A program made the position numbers and the translations under genes. From the human T2T-CHM13v2.0 reference genome, Homo sapiens: DNA of 64,000 nt. How positions within the stretch are numbered: position 1 is the first letter of the stretch; each line of letters begins with the position of its first letter. The notes below the pieces were generated by a model. It saw only the letters and a list, made by a program, of their open reading frames with translations. It was not told where the DNA came from and ran no database searches. The DNA lies in assembly GCF_009914755.1 (NCBI RefSeq), contig NC_060935.1; one strand, 5' to 3'. Positions 44,274 through 57,775 of the stretch are shown here, one piece after another.

Positions 44274-45104
44274 GTAAAAACACAGTGCAACAAATAAAAA
44301 TGACAAAAAGAAGCCTTCCTTCTCTTCATATGTTCAGCCAATAATTAAAGGGTCATAAAGGGACTTTTGATGTAATCCAATTCATTTTTTCCACATTTAA
44401 GTAATGAGAATGTCTTAGTAAGAAGAAGGAATATTGATTATATTTTATTAATGGTATTTTTAAAGATACAATTTACTGCAATGAGATGCACAAATCCCGA
44501 ATGCACATTTATTGATTTTTGACAAATGCCTACATCCGGGTGATCGAAATGCCATCAATGTACAGAATATTACCTTCACTTCTGAAAGTTCCCTTATGCT
44601 TCTTCTTAATCAACTCTACATACCCCAGAGGATATGTTTCTTTGACATTTTTGCCACCATAAATTAGTTTTGCCTATTCTAATTTTTCATCTTTTTTGTT
44701 CACTCTGTGTTTTCCTTTGTTGAAAAGAGATTCTTAATTTTGATATTGTCAAATTATTTTCCTTATGTTTTTGCACTTTGGGCCTTCTTTATTAATATTC
44801 TCCTTCTTTATTATTTACAGTGATATAACTGCATGACTTATGTATACCAAAAATTAACAATACAGTTTTCTTTAAAAATAGTATTAATATTATCAGATTG
44901 AAGCTAAACATAAATGACCAAATAGTATATGATAGCAGAAAGTATAATGAATAAATTTAATTTAAAATAGCTAAACAGTATAAAATATACTTTAAAAATC
45001 TTAAATGAATGTGATCTACTGAAGAAGTTGAAGTGTGAAGTGTGAAATTGAAGAACACTAAAATGTGTTGAGCAGTGAAAAGACTATGTATAAAAAAACA
45101 GGTT

Positions 45105-45380
45105 GGCCGGTTGTGGAGGCAGGCAGATCACCTGAGGTCAGGAGTTCGAGATCAGACTGGCCAACATGGGGAAACCCCATCCCTATTAAAAATACAAAAT
45201 AATTAGCCAGATGCGGTGACACACACCTGTAGTCCCAGCTATTCAGGAGGCTGAGGCAGGAGAATGGCGTGAACCCGGGAGGTGGAGCTTGCAGTGAGCT
45301 GAGATTGAGCCACTGCCCTCCAGCCTAGGTGACAGAGCGAGACTCCATCTCAGAAAACTAAAACAAAACAAAACAAAAAA
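45105..45380 (+). mobile_element. Alu with an internal deletion near its 5' end
   Basis: ggccggttgtgg|aggcaggcagatcacc lacks the tggctcacgcctgtaatcccagcactttgg segment; TSD aaaaaacag(g)tt. Confidence 0.9.
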
Positions 45381-45755
45381 CAGTTAAACCGTTTATGTTT
45401 CTGGATGAGAAGACATCATATTATAAGGAGAAAATTACACCTAGATTAGTTTGTAGGTTTACTACATGCCCAATTATAATCTTCCAAATAATTTTTGGAC
45501 TTTGACATTACTATTAATCGTAAGAAAGAGTTTTAAAGAGCGTTGTCTCTTATTTCCTTCAAATAGACTTAAACTCTTCCAGATCAATGGCTAAATACAA
45601 AGAGCACACATGTTGTATGGGTTTGCTGTTTATGTTTAAATATCAGGTGAGTTTGCTGATCGGTGTTCCTCACTGGATCATCTGTAACCCAGCCAGGGGA
45701 GTGTTAATTCTTTCAAAACTATGTATGTCCGTATGTGTGTTTAAAACATTTCACG

Positions 45756-46249
45756 GGCCAGGCGCGGTGGCTCACGCCTGTATTCCCAGCACTCTGGGAG
45801 GCCGAGGAGGGCGGATCAAGAGGTCAGGAGATCGAGACCATCCTGGTTAACAGGGTGAAACCCCGTCTCCGCTAAAAATACAAAAAAATTAGCCGGGAGT
45901 GGTGGCGGGCGCCTGTAGTCCCAGCTACTCGGGAGGCTGAGGCAGGAGAATGGCATGAACTGGGGAGTTGGAGCTTGCAGTGAGCCGAGATCGTGCCTCC
46001 TGACCTCAGGTGATCTGCCTGCCTCCGCACCCGGCCAACCTGTTTTTGTATACATAATCTTTTCACTGCTCAATACATTTCAGTGTTCTTCAATTTCACA
46101 CTTCACACTTCAACTTCTTCAATAGATCACATTCATTTAAGATTTTTAAAGTATATTTTATATTTTTTAGCTATTTTAAATTAAATTTATGCACTTCAGC
46201 CTGGGCGACAGAGCTAGACTCCGTCTCAAAAAACAAAACAAAACAAAAA
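45756..46249 (+). mobile_element. AluY-like element interrupted by a 194-bp inverted insertion
   Basis: Alu runs to gagatcgtgcc (45997) and resumes at tgcacttcagcctgggcgacagag (46190); TSD ttcacg. Confidence 0.92.
45997..46190 (-). repeat. Inverted duplicate of 44951-45144
   Basis: Manual alignment: 194 bp, 9 mismatches, no gaps. Confidence 0.95.
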
Positions 46250-46364
46250 TTCACGATCAGTAATCTTTGAATTTACGTCTGAATCCTGTGGAATATGAAA
46301 TATGGGACTCTGCTTTATGCTATTTAAAATTAGCAATTTGCGATGTTCATAAAATATAGTCTAT

Positions 46365-46532
46365 CTAGTGGTTCTCAAGCTTTTGTGTCTGTCACAATAA
46401 TCTGGATGGCTTGTAAAACACAGATTCTAGTTTCCACTTCCTAAGTTTAATGGGGTGGAGCCTGAGAGTTTGTATTTGTAACAAGCGTGATATTGTTTCT
46501 GAGGGTTCAAGGACCATCTTTGAGAATTACTG
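46365..46532. mobile_element. MER5A-like hAT element
   Basis: tagtggttctcaagctttt...ggggtggagcctgagagtttgtatttgtaacaag...tttgagaattactg. Confidence 0.7.
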
Positions 46533-47335
46533 GTTTTGCCTCCCAATTCTATCTCTATAAATAAGAGTTAGGGAGATGGAAGCTTAAGGAAACAAAGAAA
46601 ATTCCGGGCTAAGAGTGCAAGATTCTATTTATTCACAGTCATAGAACAATGGATGGTACAGTGTAAGTTGTATAAGAAGATCTTTGTCTAAAAATAAAGC
46701 TCTTTTCTAACTAACAGTGACAACTTGTATTTTAGAAGTGCTGAGAGGGAATATCTGTCACACTTGTTTTCATTTTCAAAGTTTACTCTCATTTTTAAGC
46801 TAATATGTTTTTCAGTTTTCTCTCCCTCACAGTTTGTTTTGTGAGGATTGCTGATATATCAAAAGACAGCCACATTTAGAGACATTTAAAGGTACAATCT
46901 CCTCAAAGTTACTTATATTAAGGGTAAAGAAAGTAGGATACTTAACTAAAAAAATTATTTTGCTGAAATCACATTGGTTAATGACTTTGTAGCCACAGTT
47001 AAAATAGAATAAGTGTGCTCCAGAGAGGGCTAACAATGATAAATCAGACATATAGTGTTATGATTAATAGTGCATTAATATTACATTGGTCTTAGGAAGA
47101 AATACAAGAGCTAAATGTAATCCTTTTACAGAGGCAAAGATTCAAATGTCAGTTTCCCAATTAGACTTTCCTCATTTTCTTTAATATTACACCCACTTAA
47201 GCTCTAGTTCACCATTTGTATACTCTATTTAAATGCTTTTTAATTTTTTCTGTACTACTTATCACCTTTTAATATAATGTATGCTTTGCTTAGTTATTAA
47301 ATTTAATGCTCATTATTGTATTACCCCATCGACAT

Positions 47336-47567
47336 TACAGGAAACCCCCAATCTAAGATGGCTACTTAAATTTTTTTGACTTTATGATGGTGCAATAGCC
47401 ATACTCATTCAATACACTTCTCAACTTACCATGAGGTTATGTCTGGATAAACCCATTATAAATTGAAAATATCCTAAGTCAAAAACACACTTTAGATGTA
47501 TAATTATTTTCAACTTAGGTGAGTTTAATAAGACTTAATCCCATTGTGACTGAAGGAGGACCTGCAG
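47336..47567. mobile_element. Tigger4/MER46-like MITE
   Basis: tacaggaaaccccc...tcaacttaccatgaggttatgtctggataaacccat...ggaggacctgca. Confidence 0.6.
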
Positions 47568-48531
47568 TGTAAGTTGCTTCAAGGGCAGAGATTTGTTGTA
47601 TTAACATAGGGCACTGCTTAACACATAATGGATCTTCACCAATTTGTCAAATGAATCCTAGAATCAACTTGGAAACAATTCTATTTTAATATCTTATATA
47701 TATTTGTCATGTACATGCTATGAAAAATGTAGTCAAAAAGGAAAACAATAACCAAAATAAAATAATAGGATATTGGAAATCATCTGGGACAGGGGTTTCA
47801 AACTAGGGTGTGTAAAGACTTTCCAAAGGCAAGCATGACGTGGTTTTAAAGAGATCAGTTTCCAGATCATCAATCACCCTGTGCACTTTTTCATGGTATT
47901 GAAAGCTAGCCTGTCGTGAGGTCCTGCTCCCTATTTACAAGCATTTTCATCTCATTTTATAAATGAAAAACATCTCCTACCCATTCTAAGTCAATATGAA
48001 GCATATATCTGTGTTGTAAAAATCTCTGGGGCTTCAAAAAAAGAGACAATTAGAAATATTGTTTTCAACGTTAAGATAGTGAATGGTTCTCATAGCTGGG
48101 TAACAAATTCTTAGCAATTCAAATAGTTTACAATTGAGCAAAATTAAGGGTAAACCCAATTGAGTTTCCAGCTAATATCATTAAAAGACACTTGTATGAT
48201 AGACTAATTTGTGATTTTCAGATTATAACTTGAAAGAAGTTTAAATAAGTTAGTGACAATTCCATAACAAATCTTTCGTTCCTATCCAAGTTTTCTCAGA
48301 ACTTACTGTAAAAACAAGAAATGTAAATTGAACTGTTGTTGCTGATCCCTGTCTCATTCTAGCAATAATTTGTTCACCCACTGAACAAATGTGTTAAGAT
48401 AACACTTCACTGTCCCACTCATTGCATTAAAAGATATATTTCTAATCAAATTTTATGGTTATACATTATTTATAAGAATTGCAATGATGTTGTTAGACTT
48501 AATTTGATACTGCTAGTAATTATAATTATAA

Positions 48532-48858
<327 letters not shown>

Positions 48859-49019
48859 TGAAGCTGTTTCTTAACACAATCTGTCACAAAAATAATTTTT
48901 TTTAAAAAATTGACTTCTATAGATATACTGATTCAAGGAAATTTGACAGTGATTAATAAAAGACTTTCAAGCATACCCATATTTAAGGTAATAGATTCTG
49001 AATTGAAATTTAGAATGCT

Positions 49020-49398
49020 AGTTGATAATTATGGAGTGCTCTCTTGGGATCAACATCTGTGAAAAGCAGAGCTGGATTGGGCAGAGGGAGAAGTCACCCT
49101 GCAATGCCAGCTGAAGGATAACCTTGGTTAAGCCTATAAGGAGGTCTGGAATAGTTTCTCAGAATTTTCCTACGTTAGACTGAGATGTCCAGGTCTCTGT
49201 ACCCTCACATCAATCAGTCACTGAATGTGTAGCATTCTAGGAAGGGACATGACCTTGAGAAAGGGGGCTGTCTACAGCTGAGGCAATCCTTGAAGGGGCT
49301 GACAGATGAAGATTGTCTGCAGAGAGCCTCCCCTGCAGCTGGAGCAAAAAGTCCTTCGTTGACCATGAATCTGGACAGCTCATCTGGTGCCCAGCACA
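49020..49398 (-). mobile_element. LTR16A-like ERVL LTR
   Basis: cttgggatcaacatctgtg...ggattgggcagagggagaagtc...cagctgaggcaatccttgaaggggctgacag. Confidence 0.7.
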
Positions 49399-50295
49399 AA
49401 TACATTTTACTTTAGAGTAAAATTCTGTGGGGGAAGATGGACAATATACAAGTTCAAGAAAAAAAAAGAGATGACAAAATTTTGACTGTAAAGAAGAGCA
49501 TGTTCATGTAATTTTTAAAATTGATGATGTTGAATAGTAAATAAATACAGTATTTAAATTGCTTTGGATCAATATAAAAGTTGTATACAATTTCTTCTAA
49601 AAATGTTAATATTTATAGTAAGCTAGATATTGCATGCTTTGCAGCTACTTAAAGGTATGATAAAAAATTTTAAATTTTAGATGAAGGGGTACATTGTCAA
49701 AATTAATTTAGGGAATAGGTGAGCAAAAAAGGTTGGAAGATCACTGATTTAATCTAGCAGATCATTGAGCCAATGAGAATATTGAGACTCAAATATGTTA
49801 TAAGATTTGCACATAATCACATTAATGATTGAAATCAGACCTGTAAAGCAGTGATGTTACCTGTGCTTTTTTCTTTACTTGGTAGTTGTTAAGAACCATT
49901 AAGCTACTCCCTGTGAACACACACTGAAGAGAGAAAAGGTCTCATTAAGGGCTTCTTAGCCTAGGGTATCTGGACCCCTTCAAGTTGCGTGCAGCAATGT
50001 GTATATGTATATGCTTTTCTGTGGGGGGATGCTTCTGTAGCTTCAGCTTCATAGCCACTAAATATGGGACAAATACAAACAAATATTACTTTATTCATGT
50101 GCTTCTAGCCCAACTAATTCCATTCTCAATTTCAATTCATTTTTCCCTTGAATCTCTTCTTTGGAGCTCATGCATTTCTGACCCTCCTGTGTGCTCTGAC
50201 CTCTTCCCTCTTTCAAAAATGCCCAACAGTCCCCATGCAGAAAAACCTCCTTGTTTTATATCTGATTCATATTAAGTCATTCCTGATCTCAACAG

Positions 50296-50421
50296 GGTGA
50301 TCTAGTGCATGTTAACTATGCACGAACTGAAGACTTCTTTAAATTGGAACGGGACATGAAAATCAATTGCTCTGGGAAAATTGTAATTGCCAGATATAGG
50401 AAAGTTTTCAGAGGAAATAAG
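50296..50421 (+). pseudogene. FOLH1B: Exon 5 equivalent ([42 protein letters not shown])
   Basis: ctcaacag|GGTGAT ... AATAAG|gtaagg; 126 nt; Y176H, G206R. Confidence 0.95.
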
Positions 50422-50689
50422 GTAAGGTAAAAATTATCTCTTTTTTTTCTCTCCCCCAATATAAAAAGTTATAGTGGGTTTTACATGTGTAGAATCATTT
50501 TCTTAAAACTTTATGAATACCATTATTTTCTTGTATTCTGTGACATGCCCACCTTACAGAGAGGACACATTTACTAGGTTATATCCCAGGGTTAAATTTG
50601 AGCATTGGAATTTGGACAGTGTAGATGTTTAGAGTGAACAGAACAAATTTTTCTGTGCTTACAGGTTATGGCTGTGGCCTACAAAGAAG

Positions 50690-50974
50690 CATGCACTGGG
50701 TTTATTATTAACTTTCAGTATCTTTGTTTTAAATATTTTCTACAAAAATGTTTACTAAATTAAATTGTAGTATGAATTGTTATAAATAATGAGTGAAAAC
50801 AATTTACACATAGCCAATTTAAAAATTACTGTCATTTGATTTGTTAATAAATATATTTTTCTCTTTAGTGGGAAATTAAATTTTGAAAAATGCCCTTTAG
50901 ACTGTAGAACAAATAGGAATTTGGCCTGTGGGGTCTACTTGCTTATTATATTTCTAAGCTAGTGGAAGGAAATA
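50690..50974 (+). promoter_or_regulatory. Putative intron-5 internal promoter of the PSMAL transcript (TSS about 50974)
   Basis: The recalled 5' end of the PSMAL cDNA (AGCAAATACTCACTACC...) begins at 50974. HNF1-like GTTTATTATTAAC at 50700-50712, FOXA-like TGTTTAC at 50749-50755, weak TATA-like TTATATTT at about -28. Confidence 0.6.
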
Positions 50975-51214
50975 GCAAATACTCACTACCACAAATAAGA
51001 ACATTTCCAAATCTGATGTTCTGAGGATTTTTAGAGCTTATAGTAGCAAAAAGAAAAGGGAAATTCTCTCTGAGATGTCCTTTTTTGTAGGCCTAATGAC
51101 AAAAGGTTGAAGATAAAGTTCTAGTACTCATTTAAGTGTAATATTGAAAATTGATATTACCAAATCTGGAACAACCAATTTAAAATAAGGAAAGAAAGAC
51201 ACTGTGTTTTCTAG

Positions 51215-51401
51215 GTTAAAAATGCCCAGCTGGCAGGGGCCAAAGGAGTCATTCTCTACTCAGACCCTGCTGACTACTTTGCTCCTGGGGTGAAGTCCTA
51301 TCCAGACGGTTGGAATCTTCCTGGAGGTGGTGTCCAGCGTGGAAATATCCTAAATCTGAATGGTGCAGGAGACCCTCTCACACCAGGTTACCCAGCAAAT
51401 G
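51215..51401 (+). pseudogene. FOLH1B: Exon 6 equivalent ([11 protein letters not shown]...[11 protein letters not shown]); 5'UTR in the intron-5-initiated mRNA
   Basis: gttttctag|GTTAAA ... GCAAATG|gtgagt; 187 nt; the acceptor TAG is an in-frame stop directly upstream. Confidence 0.95.
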
Positions 51402-53049
51402 GTGAGTGATCAATCCTTGAATATCACAGGAAACTTAACATTTAAAAGAGACTTTATTAAAGAATTTCCTTTGGCACAATGGACTAAGCATGTCTTTTTT
51501 TATTCTCTTTGCATTTAAGAATGAAAGAATTTTGAACTCTAAAGTGATTGGTTCAGGCCTCTTACCCCCTTATTTTGAAACTTGGGCCTGGTGGGCTTTC
51601 AAATTTAGACTTTTCAGCTATTTAAAAAACATTATGGTGTTACACATATACCATAACTTGCATAACAGTGACATAGGGGGCTGGGACAGAATATGGGGAA
51701 AAAGCATATAAATATTTTTGCTGCAGAGTGTATGAATACTTACGCTAAATAGTAAGTGGGGGGCGGGGAATAAGGAATATAAACAGACTTATGTCTACTC
51801 AAGTCAAATTTTGCTTTCAAATTAGTTCAGGTCAGATCAGGTTTTGCTGTTGAATAAATTCCCCCCAGATTTACAGATTTCACAGTGTGGGTAAGGGACA
51901 GGAGAGCAGAAGTTCCATAAACTTTTTAAATGGCCCATTTAGGATATAGAGCCCAGGAAATGCATATTGCTTCATTTCTGTAAGATAATGGAGATAACTT
52001 TCAAAGAGTGTTTCCTAAATGCCAGCAATTTACTTGCATTAACAACCCTAAAGCTAGGGGGTGTTATTATCTCTTATTTGACAGGGAGGAAAGTGAGACT
52101 AGAGGTCAGCCCAAGATCACCCCTCCTCTGAATGAGCAGTTGGATTCAAATTCAGGCAGTCTGGCTCACAGAGTCCACATACTAGTCTTATGCTGAAAGG
52201 CTCCCCTGTAAAACATTAACAAAGGGAGCTAATTTATTTTGAATGTGCTCAACTATTTGATGATGTTTACAAAAATCTGTGATCATTAAGTTTGTGTGGT
52301 TTAAAGCTAACTAAATTTTTAAAACTTGTATAAAATAATTTGCCAAGTTATCTATGACATTTATGTCTTCATCTGGTTTTACTCTTAAATTGTAGACTCC
52401 TGTAAAGATTATGTAATTTTTTTTGGCTTTGTAAATCTTCTTAGAACATAATACATTGTCAGAAATTTTTTTCTTTTTTAAAAAATGATACATATTACCC
52501 TATAGTAAAATTATATAAATCTACCTGAACTTTATTTGCTCCACCTTTTTATTTCCAAGTTTTAAAAAATGCGGCTTAGCCTAAGCTTTATTAGTTATGC
52601 AAAGTCAAAATAATGAAAATAAAATGAGATTAACTGAAATGCTTCTGTTGATTTTCTTCAAATTTGAATGATGGTATTTTAGGGGGAAAATTATGTTATT
52701 TCTATGGGGCTAATGTTTATTGAATCATTTTTTGTGCCCTATACATTTTTATTTTCCTTCTAATTTTACTTTTTATTATGGCATAATTCTAACATATACG
52801 AAAGTAGAGACAGTTGTCAACATGTTGTCAATCTTTTTTTATTTGTTTATCACTCCAATTTTTTTTGCTATTATTCTAGAGAATTTGAAAACAAATCCCA
52901 CACAACATGTCATTATGTCATTTTACCCATAAAAACAAGGATTTGAAGTTACCTAAGTTTCTTATTAGATAGTTTTAAAAAGAGAAAAAAAATGGAAAAA
53001 CAGCTCTGATTTTTCTTAAATCTGAAGAAATGATAGGATGTGTGTGCTT

Positions 53050-53740
53050 ATTTTGAGGTAGAGCTTACATGCAATAAAATACATAGATCTCAAGATTTCA
53101 GTTCAATAAATTTTGCAAATCGCATGTGTTTATGTCACTTAAAATAGAATGTAAGGGCATTTCCATCACTCTGGAAAGTTCTTTTATACCCCTTTCTGGT
53201 CAATTTTCTCTGTGTCCCCTAGAAGCAATCACTTTCTAATATCTAGCATCGTGTATTCACTTGCCTGAGTCTGAACTTCAAGTAAGTGGAATCAAACAGT
53301 AGATTTTTTTTAAAGCCTTGCTTATTTCAATGTACTAATTTGAGATTTTCCATCATATTGTATGTATTAGTTTTTTTCTTTCAATGATTGAGTAGCATTC
53401 CATTGTGGGATTATACTATGGATTGTTTATTCATTCTTCTGTTGTTAGAAACCTGGACTTTGTCTAATATTTGGCTAATATAAATGTGGCTGTTATGAAC
53501 AATTTTGTACACGTCTTCTTGTGGGCATGTGCTCATCTTTCTAGAGTACCCAGGAGTGGAATTGCTGTGCCATAGTGCACATTTCTGCCTGACATTGCTT
53601 TTCAAAGAGTTACCTTAAGTGATTGTATAATTTTAGACTAGATTCTCACAAGCAATGTATGAGGATTTCAGTTGCTCCACATTCTCGCTAACATTTGAAT
53701 TGTTAATCTGTTTTACTTTAACAATTCTAGCAAATGTGAA
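53050..53740 (-). mobile_element. L1M 3' fragment (antisense)
   Basis: tgagtagcattccattgt...ggctgttatgaacaattttgtacacgtcttcttgtgg...cccaggagtggaattgctg...agttgctccacattctcgctaaca. Confidence 0.8.
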
Positions 53741-53826
53741 ATTAGAATTTATTTAATGTGATTTATAGAGAACCGTTTGAATGAAACTGAGCTTTTACTG
53801 GAAATATGGCAATTTTTTTTTTTCAG

Positions 53827-53920
53827 AATACGCTTATAGGCATGGAATTGCAGAGGCTGTTGGTCTTCCAAGTATTCCTGTTCATCCAGTTGGATACTAT
53901 GATGCACAGAAGCTCCTAGA
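53827..53920 (+). pseudogene. FOLH1B: Exon 7 equivalent (EYAYRHGIAEAVGLPSIPVHPVGYYDAQKLLE)
   Basis: tttttcag|AATACG ... CCTAGA|gtaagt; 94 nt; R281H, I297V. Confidence 0.95.
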
Positions 53921-54718
53921 GTAAGTTTGTAAGAAACAATGGATGGCTATTTGGGTAATTTTCATTAATGACAGTTTTCAAATGTTAGGCTTTTATCTCC
54001 ATTTTTTAGTACTTAAATTTTCCAACATGGGTGCTGCTTGTAATTTTATCACTATAAAATAGAAGAGTGGTTCTGTTCTGGAATTTAGTATATACATGAG
54101 TGTCTAGTGTATGACAGCCATGAAAATGAGCCTTTCAGATATTTAACTGCAGGGAGCCTAATTGATCAATTGCTCCAGACACTGTGCTTTGAAACCCCAC
54201 TATATTTGTGTCAAGACTATGCTTTCTGTAGGTGTTCTCGGGCAATGACTCAGTGTGGCAAGGATACTACTACAAGCCTGTTTCTGGAAGGCACTGGACT
54301 CCTCTGATGCAAAACTTTGGCCCAGGGACTCCCTGATAGCCTGGCTTAAATAGATGCTACACCCAACACTCCTCTTTCTTTTCCTTCTCCCTTTTTCCTT
54401 TATTCAATATTAGACCCACCTTGCAGTCTAAGGACTTTCTCAGGGTTTCCTAGCTCTCTGCTCATTTTCCACACGTGCTTTTCCCTAGTAAATCTCTTAC
54501 TCATGTATTCCTCTTACTGTCTACGTCTGGGAGGACCCAGAATAACACACTGTGAGAGCAACTTCCATTTTGTTTTTATCTCTATTCTTCTTCCCCTTCT
54601 GCTTTCATTATTGAAACTTTCTGCTTTCATTATTGAAACTTTCCCAGATTTGTTCTGCTTAACCTGGCATTGGAACTGTTTCCTCTTCCCTGTGCTGCTT
54701 TCTCCCATCGCCATGTCC

Positions 54719-55021
54719 TTTTTTTTTTTTTTTTTTTTTGAGACAGAGTCTCACTCTGTTGCCCAGGCTGGAGTGCAATGGTGTAATCTCGGCTCACTGC
54801 AAACCCCGCCTCCCGGGTTCAAGTGATTCTCCTGCCTCAGCCTCCTGAGTAGCTGGGATTACAGGTGCCCACCACTATGCCCAGCTGATTTTTGTATTTT
54901 TAGTAGAGATGGGGTTTCACCATGCTGATCAGGCTGGTCTCGAACTCCTGACCTCAGGTGATCCGCCCGCCTTGGCCTCCCAAAGTGCTGGGATTACAGG
55001 CATGTGTCACCGCGCCCAGCC
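54719..55021 (-). mobile_element. AluSx-like
   Basis: Antisense full Alu. Confidence 0.95.
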
Positions 55022-55657
55022 ACCATTATTCTTTAGAGGTGAGAGAACACTGGCTTTTCTAAAAGTGAAATTGATAGAGACCAAAGCGTCTGGCCAGGTA
55101 GTCCCTTTTCTTCTTTAAGTTCAAGCCTTTCTTAATCATTTTATTCCAGTATCTATGAGGAAGCACTTTTTGACCAAGGGCAAGGCACTCATTTTTAGAG
55201 GTGAGGAGGCTGACATCTGGGGAGTAGGACACATCTGTTTAAGGGCAGATTAAGAAAGTACCCTGGTCTTTCTTCCTTGGGGCTATAAGATTTACTGCAT
55301 TGGCTAAGATTCAGGACCGGGCACAACTTTTAATAGCACCATAGACTATGCATTTGCCTAAAAATATGTATAAATAAAGACTAAGTATTCATGATATTTA
55401 AAAGATAAAAGTGATTTTGGCATTACTTGTAATAGTGGAAAACTGTAGACAATAAATTGTTGAACAATTTATATGTACTCAAATAATACATTAATGACTA
55501 TGATAGTAAATGAAGTGATTAAAAGATATTATATGTTGTACCAGAATAATTAATAATGTAGAAAAATGCTTATGATATACTATTAAGTGAAGAAAAGCAA
55601 ATTTCAAAACTATATATATATAGTATTATCTCAGTTATATAAAAAATTAAAACATGG

Positions 55658-55959
55658 GGCTGGGCGCAGTGGCTCACGCTTCTAATCTCAGCACTTTGGG
55701 AGGCCGAGGTGAGCAGATCATGAGGTCAAGAGATGGAGACCATCCTGGCCAACATGGTGAGTGAAACCCCGTCTGTACTAAAAATACAAAAATTAGCGGG
55801 GCATGGTGGTACATGCCTGTAGTCCCAGCTATGTGGGAGGCTGAGGCAGGATAATTACTTCAACCAGGGAGGCAGAGGTTGCAGTGAGCCGAGATCGCGC
55901 CACTGCACTCCAGCCTGGGCGACAGAGTGAGACTCCGTCTCAAAAAAAAAAAAAAAAAA
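55658..55959 (+). mobile_element. AluSc-like
   Basis: Full Alu; TSD taaaacatg. Confidence 0.95.
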
Positions 55960-57209
55960 TGTAAAACATGAACCTGTATTATCTTTGTAATTAGAAAAGA
56001 GGGATGCGTAATGTCATGGAATTAGATGTGAGATTTATTTAGACGTCTAAGATTTGGTCTGGTTTACTAGGTCAATATCAGCTGTGCTCTGATTGTGTAA
56101 TGGAATTATCTGATTGACTGAAAAATAACAAACACAATTCATCTGACATTACTGTGTCAGCCTCTGTAAGCCATTTTACAAATACAATCACCGTTAATAA
56201 CATAACTTTCATGGAAAAGTGCATTCTACATTCAAAATTTCATAATTAAAAATAGACACTTTCTATTTATCCACCCATACTTTCTAAGCCATAATGAAAC
56301 AGTCCATATAAGTGGCATTTAGTTTCAAAAAATTGTTTAAAAGAACATATGGTTTGTTTATGAATTTCACTGTGAAAATTTACTCTCTTGGCACAGGTAC
56401 CTTGGGAGTGTGCCAAGATACTCAATTCTCAGGTTCTCTCAAGTGGTTAGCAGTTTAGCATTGTGCACTAATTAGAAAAGACAGTGTTTTACAAATGGAA
56501 TATATCATGAAATAAAAGTTTATTAATAAATGTGTGAGTAAATGAGGAGAGATATAAAGTCATATAATGGCCCAAGAATGCTGAGAACTTAAATAAAAAG
56601 TTGATGAAATGTGAGTGATGGTAAAAACTTCAATGTTGACTTGAGTGTGAGAGAAAGGGGACACCATATATATTGTTTCCTATTTTTCTTTACATGTATA
56701 CTGAACACAGTGTGATTATGTGGTTTTAATTTGCCTTCTACAGTAACTTCTAGGACAATAACTATAGTGCCAACAGTAACAGTAATAGCATGTATCCTGC
56801 ATGGAGTGCTAATTACGCTTTAGCAATTACTGTTGTGCTAAATGCTTTACGTACATCTCCTCAATTAACCTATAAAACAACAATATGAGTTAGTATTGTG
56901 ATACTCATTTTAACCAATGTTCAGAGAGTAAGTGAGAGAGCCAGGGCCCAAATTCATGTCTGATGCAAAAGACACTTTGGTAAACACTACTTACTCTCTA
57001 CTCAACGACGCAAGCATTTAGTAGCCACCTCTATTGATTATGGTGTTGTCTCATTCTTATGCCTCTGCTTGGGAGACCTTTAATGGCTTCTCACAGCCCA
57101 CTCACTCAAGAAACATTTATAGAATGACTTTTATATTTCAGGCACTGTGGTAGAAGTAGGAATTAGGTAAAGTCAGTAGTAACGTCCTATCTTGTATTCT
57201 TGATTTTAG

Positions 57210-57775
57210 TAATTACTTTTTAAACTTGGTCAGTTTAACTAATGGTTTGCTGATTTTGTTGATCTTTCTAAAGAATCACCCTTGGTTTCACTGATTTTCT
57301 CTATTTATTTTATTATTTCTCTTTCAATCTTTTTAATTTCTTTTCTTATGCTTTATGAGTTTAGTTTAGTTTTCTTTGTCCAGTTTCTTAAGGTGAAAGC
57401 TTAGCTTAATGATTTGAGATTCTTTCTATATAGGTGTTTGCAGCTATGTATTTTCCTTTAAGCACTGCTTTTGCTGCATCTCATAAATATTGGTATGTTG
57501 CATCTTCATTTTCATTCATCTCAAAGCATTTTTAAATTGTATTTGCAAGTTCTTCTTTGACCCGTTGGTTATTTAGGAGTTAGTTGTTTAATTTCCATAT
57601 ATTTGTGAATTTCCTAAATTTACTTTTGTTATTGATTGCTAAATTCCTTTTATTGTGGTTGGATTAGTAAAAGAAGTATATGAGTAATAAAATGATTGTA
57701 TAATTTCAACCTTTTAAATTTATCCAGACTTGTTTTACAGACATGATTTATTATGAAAAATGCTCCATGTGCACT
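57210..57775 (-). mobile_element. L1M ORF2 (endonuclease-region) fragment, antisense
   Basis: ggtttgctgattttgttgatctttc...taagcactgcttttgctgcatctcataaa...tgctccatgtgcacttgag. Confidence 0.75.
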
